DNA from: Gemmatimonadota bacterium
Lineage (GTDB): Bacteria > Gemmatimonadota > Gemmatimonadetes > Palauibacterales > Palauibacteraceae
Assembly: GCA_039584815.1 (NCBI GenBank)
Contig: JBDGXC010000017.1
Coordinates: 285-64,284, forward strand
DNA length: 64,000 bases
Direction: 5' to 3'
Positions 51,711 through 61,540 of the stretch are shown piece after piece. The position numbers and the translations under genes were made by a program. The notes below the pieces were generated by a model that saw nothing but the letters and a program-made list of their open reading frames with translations, was not told the DNA's origin and did no database searches. Within the stretch, counting starts at the first letter, position 1; each line of letters starts with the position of its first letter.

Positions 51711-52630
51711 TGGGGGGCTCTCCGTCACGCATGGCCGGTGCACTCCGCGCGCTGGGCGCGACCACGATTCTCGCCGCGAGCACGATGGCGCACCCGTTCA
51801 CGGGCATTGCCCAGGAGCCGCCGTCCACGCGTGCCGTCGCCGTGCTGACGCCGGACACGATACGCGTCGGGGAGCCGTTCACCCTAGGGGTGTCCGTGGC
51901 GGCCCCGCCCGAGGCCGGGGTGTCGTTTCCACCGCTCCTTGTTCTCGGCCCCGAGCTGGAGCAGCTCCGTCCCCCCACCGTGAGCCGCGACGATGTAGGC
52001 GGCGGGTCAAGGGCCCGCTACCGATTGGTGGCGTGGAAGGCGGGTCGGTGGGAGATCCCGACCATTGCTTTGGAATGGGACGATGGGAGGGCCACCGCAC
52101 GGCCGCCCGCCGTGCGGGTCCTGTCGGTGCTCCCCGCGGCGCCCGAGCGACCGCTCCAGCTGGAGCCCCCTCGCGGACCCGTTCCCCGACATGGTTTCCC
52201 GTGGTGGCTGCTCTTCCTTCTTCTGGCTCTCGTGTTGCTCCGCTGGCTGCTCCGGAGGCTTCGAGGGGAGCCCTTCGATGTCGAGAGCGAGCACATCGAT
52301 CCCTCCGTGGCGGCCCGCCGGGCTTTCGCGGCGCTGCGGACTGAACTGGAGAACGGAGATCTGGACCTGGCGTCATTCTACGACGGAATCGAGACGACTC
52401 TTCGACGGTATCTGGCCGCCACCCGCGACTGGCCGGATGAACGTCCGGTACGGGACTTCGTCGACACGGTGAGCGTCCCCGACTTGCATCCGCATCTCAT
52501 GACGGATCTCCGGTCGATGCGAGACCGGGCTGGATTGGTTCGGTTCGCCCACGTCTCGACCGCCACTTCCGCCGCCCTGGGCGACGCCGACGCATGCCTG
52601 GCGTGGGTGGACGCGGAGGAGGCAGCCTGA
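51710..52630 (+). CDS. Bat-operon membrane-anchored hypothetical protein (BatD-like position)
   Basis: Signal peptide; DTIRVGEPF Ig-like start; TM helix PWWLLFLLL; LRRYL and VRFA C-terminal motifs. Confidence 0.7.
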   Translation: MGGSPSRMAGALRALGATTILAASTMAHPFTGIAQEPPSTRAVAVLTPDTIRVGEPFTLGVSVAAPPEAGVSFPPLLVLGPELEQLRPPTVSRDDVGGGSRARYRLVAWKAGRWEIPTIALEWDDGRATARPPAVRVLSVLPAAPERPLQLEPPRGPVPRHGFPWWLLFLLLALVLLRWLLRRLRGEPFDVESEHIDPSVAARRAFAALRTELENGDLDLASFYDGIETTLRRYLAATRDWPDERPVRDFVDTVSVPDLHPHLMTDLRSMRDRAGLVRFAHVSTATSAALGDADACLAWVDAEEAA

Positions 52631-53646
52631 TGCCGGAGATCACCCTCGGAGCGTGGCCGTACCTGCTGCTGCTGCTGCTCGTCCCCGCGGGGTGGATGGC
52701 CCTGCACGGCCGGCGCGTGCGGATGCCACTGCCGGCTATCGGGGCGGCGAGCCGGGCCCGAAAGGAGGCGGAGGAGAGGGGCCTGCGGCTGCGGCCCTTC
52801 ACCTTCTGGTCGGCGTGGTCGGCTGTCTGGCGAACGGTGGCACTGGTGCTCACGGTGCTCGCCCTGGCCAGTCCGGTGCGGCTGATCGAGAGTGTAGAGG
52901 AGCGTTCCGAAGGCGTCACGATCATGCTCGCGTTCGACATTTCGAGCTCCATGCTCGCGGAGGATTTTCGGCCCCAGAACCGGATCGCGGTGGCCCGCCG
53001 CGAAGTCGCCCGGTTCATCCGGGGTCGCGCGGCCGACCGGATCGGCCTCGTGGCGTTCGCCGGTGAGGCGCTGACGGTGGTGCCGGGCACGCTCGACTAC
53101 GGCATCCTGTACCAGGCGATCGCGAACCTGGATGTCGGACAGCTCCGGGACGGAACCGCCATCGGGACGGCCCTCGCCACGGCCGTGAATCGTCTCCGTC
53201 CGATCCCGGAAGGATCCCGGGTCGTTGTGCTTCTCACGGACGGGGACAACAACCGCGGTGATATAACGCCGGAGGCCGCCGCCGCCGCGGCGGCGGCGCT
53301 GGGAATCCGCGTGTACACGATCGGGGTCGGACGGGACGGCGTCGCTCCGGTTCCCATAGGCCGCACCCGCTTCGGATACCAGTATGCGGACATGGAGGTC
53401 ACCGTGAACGACGAGCTGCTCGAGAGAGTGGCTCGTGCCACCGGCGGTCTGTATTTCCGGGCGACCGACCCCGAGGCTCTGAGTCGCATCTATGGACGCA
53501 TCGACGAGCTCGAGACCGCACCGGTCGAAGAAGTCCGCGTGGTGGAGCGGGCCGGTGTGAGGTCGGAGCTCCTTATTCTGGCCCTGACCGCCCTGGCTCT
53601 GGAGCTGCTGGGGTCCGCAACCCGTGCCCGCAGGGTGTTCGCGTGA
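52630..53646 (+). CDS. batA: VWA domain protein, BatA-like
   Basis: PYLLLLL N-terminus; MIDAS DISSSM; DRIGLV.FAG, GTAIG.AL, LLTDGDNN and TGG.YFRA. Confidence 0.8.
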   Translation: MPEITLGAWPYLLLLLLVPAGWMALHGRRVRMPLPAIGAASRARKEAEERGLRLRPFTFWSAWSAVWRTVALVLTVLALASPVRLIESVEERSEGVTIMLAFDISSSMLAEDFRPQNRIAVARREVARFIRGRAADRIGLVAFAGEALTVVPGTLDYGILYQAIANLDVGQLRDGTAIGTALATAVNRLRPIPEGSRVVVLLTDGDNNRGDITPEAAAAAAAALGIRVYTIGVGRDGVAPVPIGRTRFGYQYADMEVTVNDELLERVARATGGLYFRATDPEALSRIYGRIDELETAPVEEVRVVERAGVRSELLILALTALALELLGSATRARRVFA

Positions 53647-54635
53647 TCTGGCTGGCGGCTGCCGCGGCGGCGAGCATGGCCCTGCTTCTGCGCGGTGTGG
53701 AGGCCTATCGAACTCGTCTGGATCGGGAAGCGCTCGGAGACGACGCCCTGCTGGATCGCCTGACCGCCGCTCCGCGACCGGCCCAACGGCTGCTCCGCGC
53801 GCTCTTGCTCGCGACCGGCTGCGGGGCGCTGGCCGCCGCGCTCTCGGTTGGCGGCATCGCGGACGACGCGCCGGAGGCCTCCGACCTGCAGACGGTTCTG
53901 GTCCTCGACGCGTCGAATTCCATGTGGGCGAGAGACGTGGAGCCGAGCCGGCTCGAGCGGCAGCGAAGGCTTGCCGCCCGGCTGGCCGTTCGCCTGCCGG
54001 GACGGCTCGGGGTGGTCTACTTTGCCGGGCGCGGGTATGTGTTGTCCCCGCTGACCGAAGATCGAGACGCCGTCCTGATGTTCGTGCAGGCTCTCGACCC
54101 GGCACTGGTGGGCCAGGGCGGAACCTCCATGGCTGAGGGTCTGCGGCAGGGACTCGACGTGCTGGCGGGTGGAGACGAGAGCGGTCGACGGGTGCTCGTC
54201 GTGTTGACGGACGGCGAGGCCACCACGGAGGCCGAGGCGGTGCAGGACGAGCTGGCGCGAGCGGCTCGCATGCGGGTGCCCGTGTTCCCCGTGGGGCTGG
54301 GCACGCCGGACGGGGCCCGGTTGCCCATTCCGGTGCCTCCGGGCGCCGAGGCGGGCGACGCGCGGACTGTCCAGGAGGCAGCCGAGGCATGGCTCACAGA
54401 CCCTCGGGGAGAACCCGTCGTCAGCCGGCTGGACGAAGGCGCGCTGCAGGAAATGGCGCGGGTGACCGGAGGCTCGTACGTGCGAGCCGATGAGGCTGGC
54501 TTCACCGACCTCGTGGAGCGGCTCGAGCGAGAGGGACGGCGGCCGAATCCGGGCACGGGCCGCCGGGCGAGAATCTTCCTGCTCGCGGCGTTCGCCCTGC
54601 TCTTCACGGAGGGTTACCTGGTGCGGAAGGGGTGA
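53643..54635 (+). CDS. batB: VWA domain protein, BatB-like
   Basis: DASNSMWARDVEPSRLE, SPLT.D, QGGT, LTDGE, GTP.GA.. and V.SRLDE..L. Confidence 0.75.
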   Translation: MIWLAAAAAASMALLLRGVEAYRTRLDREALGDDALLDRLTAAPRPAQRLLRALLLATGCGALAAALSVGGIADDAPEASDLQTVLVLDASNSMWARDVEPSRLERQRRLAARLAVRLPGRLGVVYFAGRGYVLSPLTEDRDAVLMFVQALDPALVGQGGTSMAEGLRQGLDVLAGGDESGRRVLVVLTDGEATTEAEAVQDELARAARMRVPVFPVGLGTPDGARLPIPVPPGAEAGDARTVQEAAEAWLTDPRGEPVVSRLDEGALQEMARVTGGSYVRADEAGFTDLVERLEREGRRPNPGTGRRARIFLLAAFALLFTEGYLVRKG

Positions 54636-55360
54636 ACATGAGACGCTCGCCCGCGATGCCGCTTGGGCGCGCAGGTCTGGCGATCCTCGCCTTCCTGGTC
54701 GCCGGGGCCGCCGTCTCGCTGGGCGCGAGTGCACGCGGGCCGCAGGAGGCGCCGGAGCCCATCCCTCCCATGGCGCTCGACAGCACGCACGTCATGACCG
54801 CGGAAGCTCTGGCCGGCTATCGCGCGCGGTCGGAAAAGCCGGGGCGTCCCGCCGACTGGTTCAATCTCGGGGCCGCTCTCCTTCTGTCGGCGGACTGGGA
54901 AGGGACCGTGGAGCCCCTCCAGCGGGCGCTCGAGACGGACGACGAAGAGCTCGAGCGCTCGGCGACGTACGACCTGGCCCTTGCGCGGGCCCTCATGGGG
55001 CGACCGCCGGAGCTCGGCGGAGAGTTGTTATTCGAGGAGCGTCGCCCGCTTCTCGAACAGGCATGGGAAGGCTTCCGCTGGGTGGTGGACGAGAATCCCG
55101 CGGCCGAGGACGCTCGCTGGAATCTGGAGCTCGTGGGGCGATGGCTGGAGCAGGAGGAGGATCCGCAGGACGACGGTGGGGGTGGTGGGGGCGGTGGAGC
55201 CTCTAACGCGGACCAGCGGGATGCACCTTCCACGCGCCAGCTATCGGCGGCCGAGGCGCTGGAGCTCCTCGAGCGGGCGGCCGAGGAGGAGAGAGATGTT
55301 CAGGGCCGCCGTCTCGAGCGGAATCGCTCGAGGGATCCGGTCGTGGATCGGAACTGGTGA
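54632..55360 (+). CDS. TPR-like protein, BatC-like
   Basis: Signal peptide; WFNLG, DARWNLEL, AEALELLE and terminal DRNW. Confidence 0.7.
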   Translation: MNMRRSPAMPLGRAGLAILAFLVAGAAVSLGASARGPQEAPEPIPPMALDSTHVMTAEALAGYRARSEKPGRPADWFNLGAALLLSADWEGTVEPLQRALETDDEELERSATYDLALARALMGRPPELGGELLFEERRPLLEQAWEGFRWVVDENPAAEDARWNLELVGRWLEQEEDPQDDGGGGGGGGASNADQRDAPSTRQLSAAEALELLERAAEEERDVQGRRLERNRSRDPVVDRNW

Positions 55361-55389
55361 GGGTCGTGTCGCGACGCCGGAGCGAGAGC

Positions 55390-56049
55390 CTACTCCTCGC
55401 TGTCCTCGATCAGCGGCACGAACCGGACCCCCTCGAGATCCTCTGAGCGAACGCTCTCCCCTTCCTTGCGGTAGCGGCGGATCACCTGCAGCCAGTCGTC
55501 GCCCACAGGGGCGACCAGAAGGCCTCCATCCGAGAGCTGGTCGAGGAGCGGCCGTGGCACCTCGGGAGCCGCCGCGGTGATCAGGATCCGATCGAAAGGA
55601 GCCTCCTCCGGCCAACCGCGCGTGCCGTCGCCGAGGCGGACGTTCACTCCGGCGAAGCCAGCCGATCGAAGCGTCTCGCAAGCACGCTCGTACAGCGCGA
55701 CGACCCGCTCCATGGTGAAGACGGTGCATCCACAGGTGGCCAGCACCGCCGCCTGGTACCCCGAGCCCGTGCCGATCTCGAGGATCCGCGTCCCCGGGCC
55801 GACCTGAAGCGCCTCGGTCATCACGGCGACGATGTAGGGCTGCGAGATGGTGGCCCCGTGTCCGATCGGAAGGGCGCAGTCCGAGTAGGCCGCCGCCGTG
55901 TCGGGGGCGGGTATGAAGGCGTGACGGGGCACGCGGCCCATGGCATCCAGTACCCGCTCGTCGGACACCCCTCGCCGGCGGATCTGGCGGTCCACCATGC
56001 GTCGCCGCTTTTCGTCTGTACCGTACGCCGTGCGAAAGCGCATGATCAC
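55390..56049 (-). CDS. pcm: Protein-L-isoaspartate(D-aspartate) O-methyltransferase
   Basis: VPRHAF, TISQPYIVA, LEIGTGSGYQAA, APFDRI and VRFVPL. Confidence 0.95.
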   Translation of the reverse strand: MIMRFRTAYGTDEKRRRMVDRQIRRRGVSDERVLDAMGRVPRHAFIPAPDTAAAYSDCALPIGHGATISQPYIVAVMTEALQVGPGTRILEIGTGSGYQAAVLATCGCTVFTMERVVALYERACETLRSAGFAGVNVRLGDGTRGWPEEAPFDRILITAAAPEVPRPLLDQLSDGGLLVAPVGDDWLQVIRRYRKEGESVRSEDLEGVRFVPLIEDSEE

Positions 56050-56111
56050 ACCGCAAACTGCCTCCCCGGCCCCGTTGCCGCAAAGGTCGGGGTCCGTCTA
56101 GGTTGCCTGCC

Positions 56112-57170
56112 ATGAATACGCCCTCATCCGAGCGCGTCCGTCTGACCCAGTACTCGCACGGAGCCGGCTGAGCCTGCAAGCTGGGTCCGGAGGACCTGAA
56201 GAACATCCTGGCGGCGCTTCCGGCCGGAGACGACGAGAACCTCCTCGTGGGACTCGAGGCGCCGGATGACGGGGCCGTCTACTCGCTGGGCGACGGCCGA
56301 CTGCTGGTGGCGAGCGTGGACTTTTTCGCTCCCCTCGTGGACGATGCGCGGGACTTTGGAGCCATCGCCGCGGTCAACGCGTTGAGCGACCTCTACGCCA
56401 TGGGGGCCACTCCGGCCTTTGCGCTCAGCGTGCTGGCCGTGCCGATGTCCACGCTACCGGGGGCGGTCGTGACGGAGATCCTGCGGGGCGCAGCCGAGGT
56501 GTGCGCCGAAGTCGGGATCGTGATCGCGGGCGGGCACTCGATCGACGACGACGAGCCCAAGTTCGGGTTGGTCGCCCTGGGTTTCGCCGAGCTGGATGGT
56601 CTGCACCGGAAGTCGGGGGCCCGACCCGGTGACGCGATCGTGCTCGGCAAGGCGCTCGGCACGGGGATCGTGGCCACGGCGATCAAGCGGGGCGCGGCGG
56701 ACATGCCCACGGTACGAGCCGCCGTGCGGTCCATGCGCCAGCTGAACCGGGAAGCCGCCCTGTTGCTGGAAGGTCACGAGGTGCACGCACTGACCGACGT
56801 GACCGGCTTCGGGTTGCTGGGCCATCTGATGGAGGTCTGCCGGGCTTCGAACGTGTCGGCGCGCGTTGCGGCATCCTCTCCCCGCTCGCTCCCTGAAGCC
56901 CGTGAGCTCGCGTCCGAGGGCTTCATTCCGGGAGGCACAGTGCGCAACCGGGCCGCGGTGGAGGCGGCGGCGACCTGGGAGCCCGACGTGCCCGAGGACC
57001 TTCGCGTACTCTTGTGTGACGCCCAGACGTCGGGCGGGCTGCTCGCCATCCTGCCCCGGCACGAGGCGTCCGAGCTGGCCGCCGAGTGGGAGGCGGCCGG
57101 CTACGCGGCGTCCGTCGTCGGACACATCGAGGAGGCCGCAAAAACGATCCTGACCGTGGAGGCCGGATGA
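56112..57170 (+). CDS. selD: Selenide, water dikinase (selenophosphate synthetase) with in-frame UGA read as selenocysteine at codon 20
   Basis: ATG 56112: MNTPSSERVRLTQYSHGAG-TGA(56169-56171)-ACKLGP, continuing in frame into DDGAVY, DFF.P, ALSDLYAMG, GGHSI, TDVTGFGLLGH and DAQTSGGLL. Confidence 0.93.
56182..56198 (+). promoter_or_regulatory. Bacterial SECIS-like hairpin
   Basis: GGGUCC-GGA-GGACCU stem-loop with G-containing apical loop, starting about 11 nt after the UGA. Confidence 0.65.
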
Positions 57171-57841
57171 ACGGCAGTGCGAGTGGGGGGACATTTTCCC
57201 GCGATCCCCGATTCCCGAATCTCATCGTGACGCGGCACCCGCTGCTGCGCCACAAGGTCACCCTGCTCCGCAAGCTCGACACCCCCAAGAAGATCTTCAA
57301 GGAGCTGGTGGACGAGATCGCCATGCTGCTCGCCTATGAAGTCACCTCCGATCTCCCGACGGAGGAGGTGCGCGTGGAGACGCCGCTCGAGTCCATGTCC
57401 GGCGACGTGGTGATCGGGGAGCGGCTCACTCTGGTCCCCATCCTGCGTGCCGGTCTGGGAATGGTGGACGGCGTGCTGAACCTGATTCCCACCATGCGGG
57501 TGGGTCACATCGGCCTGCAGCGGGACCACGACACCCTCGAGCCGATCGATTACTACTTCAAGATCCCGCCGCCTCTGGAGGCGAGCATGCTGATCGTGGT
57601 CGATCCGATGCTGGCCACGGGCGGTTCGGCAAGCGCGGCCGTCAGCTACCTCAAGAAGTCGGGCGCCCTTCACATCCGCTTGATGTGCATCGTCGCGGCC
57701 CCGGAGGGGGTCAGGCGCATGCTGGAGGATCACCCCGACGTGCTCGTGTACACGGCGGCGCTGGATCGGGCGCTGAACGAGAAGGGATACATCCTGCCGG
57801 GTCTGGGGGATGCGGGAGATCGTCTGTTCGGGACGGAGTGA
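57167..57841 (+). CDS. upp: Uracil phosphoribosyltransferase
   Basis: VPILRAGLGM, DPMLATGGSA and GYILPGLGDAGDRLFGT; ATGA overlap with selD. Confidence 0.95.
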   Translation: MNGSASGGTFSRDPRFPNLIVTRHPLLRHKVTLLRKLDTPKKIFKELVDEIAMLLAYEVTSDLPTEEVRVETPLESMSGDVVIGERLTLVPILRAGLGMVDGVLNLIPTMRVGHIGLQRDHDTLEPIDYYFKIPPPLEASMLIVVDPMLATGGSASAAVSYLKKSGALHIRLMCIVAAPEGVRRMLEDHPDVLVYTAALDRALNEKGYILPGLGDAGDRLFGTE

Positions 57842-57856
57842 GCGACGCAGCTGCGG

Positions 57857-59392
57857 CTAGGAGGGCCAGGAGCTCATGGGGTCGGCTTTCCTCCCCGCCC
57901 TGATCTCGGCCTGTCGTCTCTGCCGCCGCCACACGCGGGGAGGCCGCGGCGTCCGGTGGGTCCGCGTCCAGGTGCTGGGGACCAGCAGCACGAGCAGCGT
58001 ATAGAACTCGAGCCTTCCGAGAAGCATCAGCACGGACAGCGTGACGAGGGCGGGCGCGCCCAGGTGGCCGTAGCTGGACGCCGGCCCCACCTCTCCGAGA
58101 CCGGGGCCGATGCTGGAAAGCGCCGCGAGCGATGCGCTCAGAGAGGTCACCAGGTCGTTGCCGAGGGCAGCGAGCACCAGGGTTCCGATCGCGTGCGTGC
58201 CCATGTACATGGCCAGAAATGCCAGCACCTTGAACACCAGCTCCTCTCGGATCGGTCGGCCGCCGACGCGGGTGATGATCACCGCGCGCGGATGGAGGAC
58301 TTTCCGGATCTCCCCCAGTACATGCTGCGCGACGACAGCGCCCCGGATCATCTTGAAACCGCCTCCCGTCGATCCGCCCATCCCGCCCACGAACATCAGG
58401 CCGAGCAGAAGGACCTGGCACACGATGGGCCAGGCGGCGAAGTCTGACGTTCCGAACCCGGTCGTACTGTGCACCGCCACCACGGAGAACGTGGTCCGTC
58501 GCACGAGCTCCGTGGTGAAGGCCCCCTCCGCCGCCGCGAGCGCGACGAAGCACACCAGAGCCACGCCGACGGTCGACGCCAGGTACCACTGCCACTCGGC
58601 GTTGCGAAACATCTCGCGCGGGTGCCCGGTGAACGTGCGGTAGTGCAGCGTGAAGTTCACGCCGGCCAGAAACATGAACAGGATCGTCACCCACTGAATG
58701 GCAGGTGAGAAATACCCGATCGACGCGGTGCGGGTCGAGAAGCCCCCGGTTGCCAGGGCGCTCATGGCGTGGTTTACCGCGTCGAAAATGCTCATGCCAA
58801 GAAGGAAGTAAAGCAGTACAAGTGTAAACGTAAAAGCGAAATACACGCCCCACAAAAGGCGTGCTGTCGTGGCGATTCGGGGCTGCACGCGATCGGTCGT
58901 GATCCCTGGTGCCTCGGCGAAGAAGAGCTGCGCGCCGCCCACTCCGATGAGTGGAAGGATGGCGACGCCGAGGACGATGATCCCCATTCCACCGATCCAG
59001 TGCGTCAGGCTGCGCCACAGGAGGATGCTGGGTGGAAGTTCCTCGATCACGGCGAACACCGTCGCGCCCGTGGTCGTGAATCCGGAGACGGACTCGAAGA
59101 GCGCCCGTGCGACGGAGCTCGTCACTCCCGTCGCAAGGAACGGGACGGTGCCGGCGAGGACGATGGCGATCCAGCCCAGCCCCACGACCGCGAGTGCCTC
59201 GCGGGGCGAGAGATCGACGTGTCTCGGCGTCAGCCACCAGAACGCCAGGCCGGTCAGGGCCGGGATGAGGACGGATACGAGCCAGGGCAGCCACAGCCCC
59301 TCCCGCACGCCGAACGCTGCCGACGGCAGCATGGCGACGGCCACGGACAGCAGCAGCCCGCCCAGGACGTGCAGGATCTCGCGGTATCTCAC
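57857..59392 (-). CDS. trkH: Trk potassium uptake membrane protein
   Basis: FESVSGFTTTGAT, WIGGMGII, ATGGFS, STTGF, GGSTGGG.K and GRLE. Confidence 0.93.
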   Translation of the reverse strand: MRYREILHVLGGLLLSVAVAMLPSAAFGVREGLWLPWLVSVLIPALTGLAFWWLTPRHVDLSPREALAVVGLGWIAIVLAGTVPFLATGVTSSVARALFESVSGFTTTGATVFAVIEELPPSILLWRSLTHWIGGMGIIVLGVAILPLIGVGGAQLFFAEAPGITTDRVQPRIATTARLLWGVYFAFTFTLVLLYFLLGMSIFDAVNHAMSALATGGFSTRTASIGYFSPAIQWVTILFMFLAGVNFTLHYRTFTGHPREMFRNAEWQWYLASTVGVALVCFVALAAAEGAFTTELVRRTTFSVVAVHSTTGFGTSDFAAWPIVCQVLLLGLMFVGGMGGSTGGGFKMIRGAVVAQHVLGEIRKVLHPRAVIITRVGGRPIREELVFKVLAFLAMYMGTHAIGTLVLAALGNDLVTSLSASLAALSSIGPGLGEVGPASSYGHLGAPALVTLSVLMLLGRLEFYTLLVLLVPSTWTRTHRTPRPPRVWRRQRRQAEIRAGRKADPMSSWPS

Positions 59393-59417
59393 CGGTCGCT
59401 CGCTCGCAGGGAGACGG

Positions 59418-60764
59418 TCAGGATGGGAAGAGCCTGGTGACGTCCGCTATGGCGCCGGAGAGCGCGAAGACGATCGCCTCGTCTCCGACCCGCAACGAGT
59501 CTTCCCCGCGCGGAATGAGCATCTCTTCCTCGCGCACAAGAGCTGCCAGGATCGAGTTCTCGGGAAACTCGATGTCGTCCAGCGGCATTCCGACCAGGGG
59601 GCTGTCCCGCGAGACCACGAAGTCTATGACCTCGGCGTCGGAGTCCTTGAACACCGCCACGTTTCGGATCGACCCGCGCCGCACGTGTTGGAGGATCGCG
59701 TTGGCGGCGCTGATGCGGGGGCTGACCGCCGTCTCCAGTCCGATGCGGCGAGCGAGGGGCAGGTAGTCGGTTCGGTTCAGCAGCGTGATGATCTGTTTTA
59801 CTCCCAGGTCGCGCGCCACGAGCGATGAGATGATGTTCATCTCGTCCTCATCGGTAAACGCCACGAAGGCGTCCGTCTCGCCCACGCCCTCGAACTCTAG
59901 GAGCTCCACATCGGTGGCGTCGCCCTGGAGGATGAGAGTGCGCTCAAGGCGGACCGCGAACTCGTGGGCCATTTCCGGATCGGCCACCAGGACCGTGCCC
60001 TCGACGCCGTGCTGTTCGAGCAACTTCGCCAGGTAGAAGGCCTCCCGGCTGTGACCGGCGATCATCACCCGCTTGAGGGTCGTGCGGGAATATCCGCACA
60101 GCTCCAGAGCTCGCGGGATCTCGTCCTCGGCGGCGATCGCGAACACGTGGTCGTAGGGGCGCAGCGCCGTCGATCCGTCGGGAATGATGGTTTCGCCGTC
60201 CCGCTCCACGGCCACTGCCAGCAGAGGCCTGCGACCGATCTTCCGGCTGAGCTCGCGGAGCGTGCTTCCGTCAGCCGGCGCTCCCTCCAGGACGGTGAGC
60301 CCGATGAGCTGCACCGCGCCGCCGGCGAACAGGATCAGGTCCGTAGCCGCGGTCGACTCCAGCAGGCGGAAGGTCTCGAGCGCTAGCTCACGCTCCGGAT
60401 TGATCAGGAGATCCACTCCGAAACGGGCCGGCCGGAGCGCTTCTCCCCCCCGGTAGAAGTCCGGGTTCGAGATCCGTGCTACCTTCGTGAGATTTCGACG
60501 TGGCGGCACGGACATGCAGCAGACCAGATTGACCTCATCCACGCTGGTCACCGCGAGCAGCAATCCGGCCTGTTCGATGCCGGCGGCCTCGAGCACGGTC
60601 GAATTGATGCCGCTGCCCTCCAGGACGGCCACATCGATGTGACTCTCCACGTAGTCGAGGCGAGCCCGATCGACGTCGATCACCACCACGTCATGCTGTT
60701 CCTTGGACAGTCGCTCGGCGACGTGGTACCCGACCTCGCCGGCCCCGACGATGAGTATGCGCAT
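59418..60764 (-). CDS. trkA: Trk potassium uptake regulatory protein
   Basis: MRILIVGAGEVG, tandem RCK domains, DE.N motifs; adjacent to trkH. Confidence 0.93.
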   Translation of the reverse strand: MRILIVGAGEVGYHVAERLSKEQHDVVVIDVDRARLDYVESHIDVAVLEGSGINSTVLEAAGIEQAGLLLAVTSVDEVNLVCCMSVPPRRNLTKVARISNPDFYRGGEALRPARFGVDLLINPERELALETFRLLESTAATDLILFAGGAVQLIGLTVLEGAPADGSTLRELSRKIGRRPLLAVAVERDGETIIPDGSTALRPYDHVFAIAAEDEIPRALELCGYSRTTLKRVMIAGHSREAFYLAKLLEQHGVEGTVLVADPEMAHEFAVRLERTLILQGDATDVELLEFEGVGETDAFVAFTDEDEMNIISSLVARDLGVKQIITLLNRTDYLPLARRIGLETAVSPRISAANAILQHVRRGSIRNVAVFKDSDAEVIDFVVSRDSPLVGMPLDDIEFPENSILAALVREEEMLIPRGEDSLRVGDEAIVFALSGAIADVTRLFPS

Positions 60765-60973
60765 GCGGGCTGGAATCCGGTTGCTGTGTGACCCGAGATT
60801 CGGAATCGTAAGATCCGGGCCGCGTCGCCCTCAGGCAAGGATCGGCCGGTCGGGTTCGCCGCGTAGCGCCTGCCCGATTCCACCTGCGGGGACGGCTCGC
60901 GTGGTGTTAGACTGATTCGCGTCCGATGCGAACAACGGCCGTCCAACACGAGCCGACGCCCTCGGAGGTGACC

Positions 60974-61540
60974 ATGTCGGCATGGATCGCACTGCTCGTC
61001 GCACTGCTTGTGGCGACGCTCGTCGCTTACAACGGACTCGTTCGCTCACGGGAGCGCACGAGGGAGGCGTGGTCGGGGATCGACGTACAGCTGACGCGCC
61101 GGGCCGATCTCGTCCCGGCCCTCGTCGAGGTCGTCGCCGGGTATGCTTCGCACGAGCGAGAGACTCTGACTGCGGTCATGGAGGCCCGGGCGTCGCTCGT
61201 CGCGGCGGCCCGTCCCGCCGTAGCCGCGAACGCCAGCGCGGAGCTCGGAATCTGCCTGGGACAGTTGTTCATGGTCGCCGAAGGGTACCCGGAGCTCCGG
61301 GCGGTCGAGAGCTTCGTCGCTCTTCAGGACCAGCTGACGGATCTCGAGGAGAAGCTCGCCTACTCCAGGCAGTTCTACAATCGAAATGCCCTCGATTTCA
61401 ACACGCGGATCCGGCGGTTCCCTACGTTCCTCCTGGCGAGGGCCCTGCGGTTGCCTCCGTTCGAGTTCTTCGACGCGGACGAGGGGGCTGCCGAATTGGA
61501 GATCCGATTCGTAGGCCGGAATCCCCGGACCGGCTGTTGA
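60974..61540 (+). CDS. lemA: LemA family protein
   Basis: GGAGG SD; YNGLV, AWSGIDVQL.RRADL.P.LV..V.GYA.HE, AEGYPELRA and RQFYN. Confidence 0.92.
   Translation: MSAWIALLVALLVATLVAYNGLVRSRERTREAWSGIDVQLTRRADLVPALVEVVAGYASHERETLTAVMEARASLVAAARPAVAANASAELGICLGQLFMVAEGYPELRAVESFVALQDQLTDLEEKLAYSRQFYNRNALDFNTRIRRFPTFLLARALRLPPFEFFDADEGAAELEIRFVGRNPRTGC

Noticed and set aside
56247-57170. selD as a truncated pseudogene starting at 56247
   Set aside because: The upstream in-frame segment with UGA at the catalytic Cys/Sec position and a SECIS-like hairpin explains it better.
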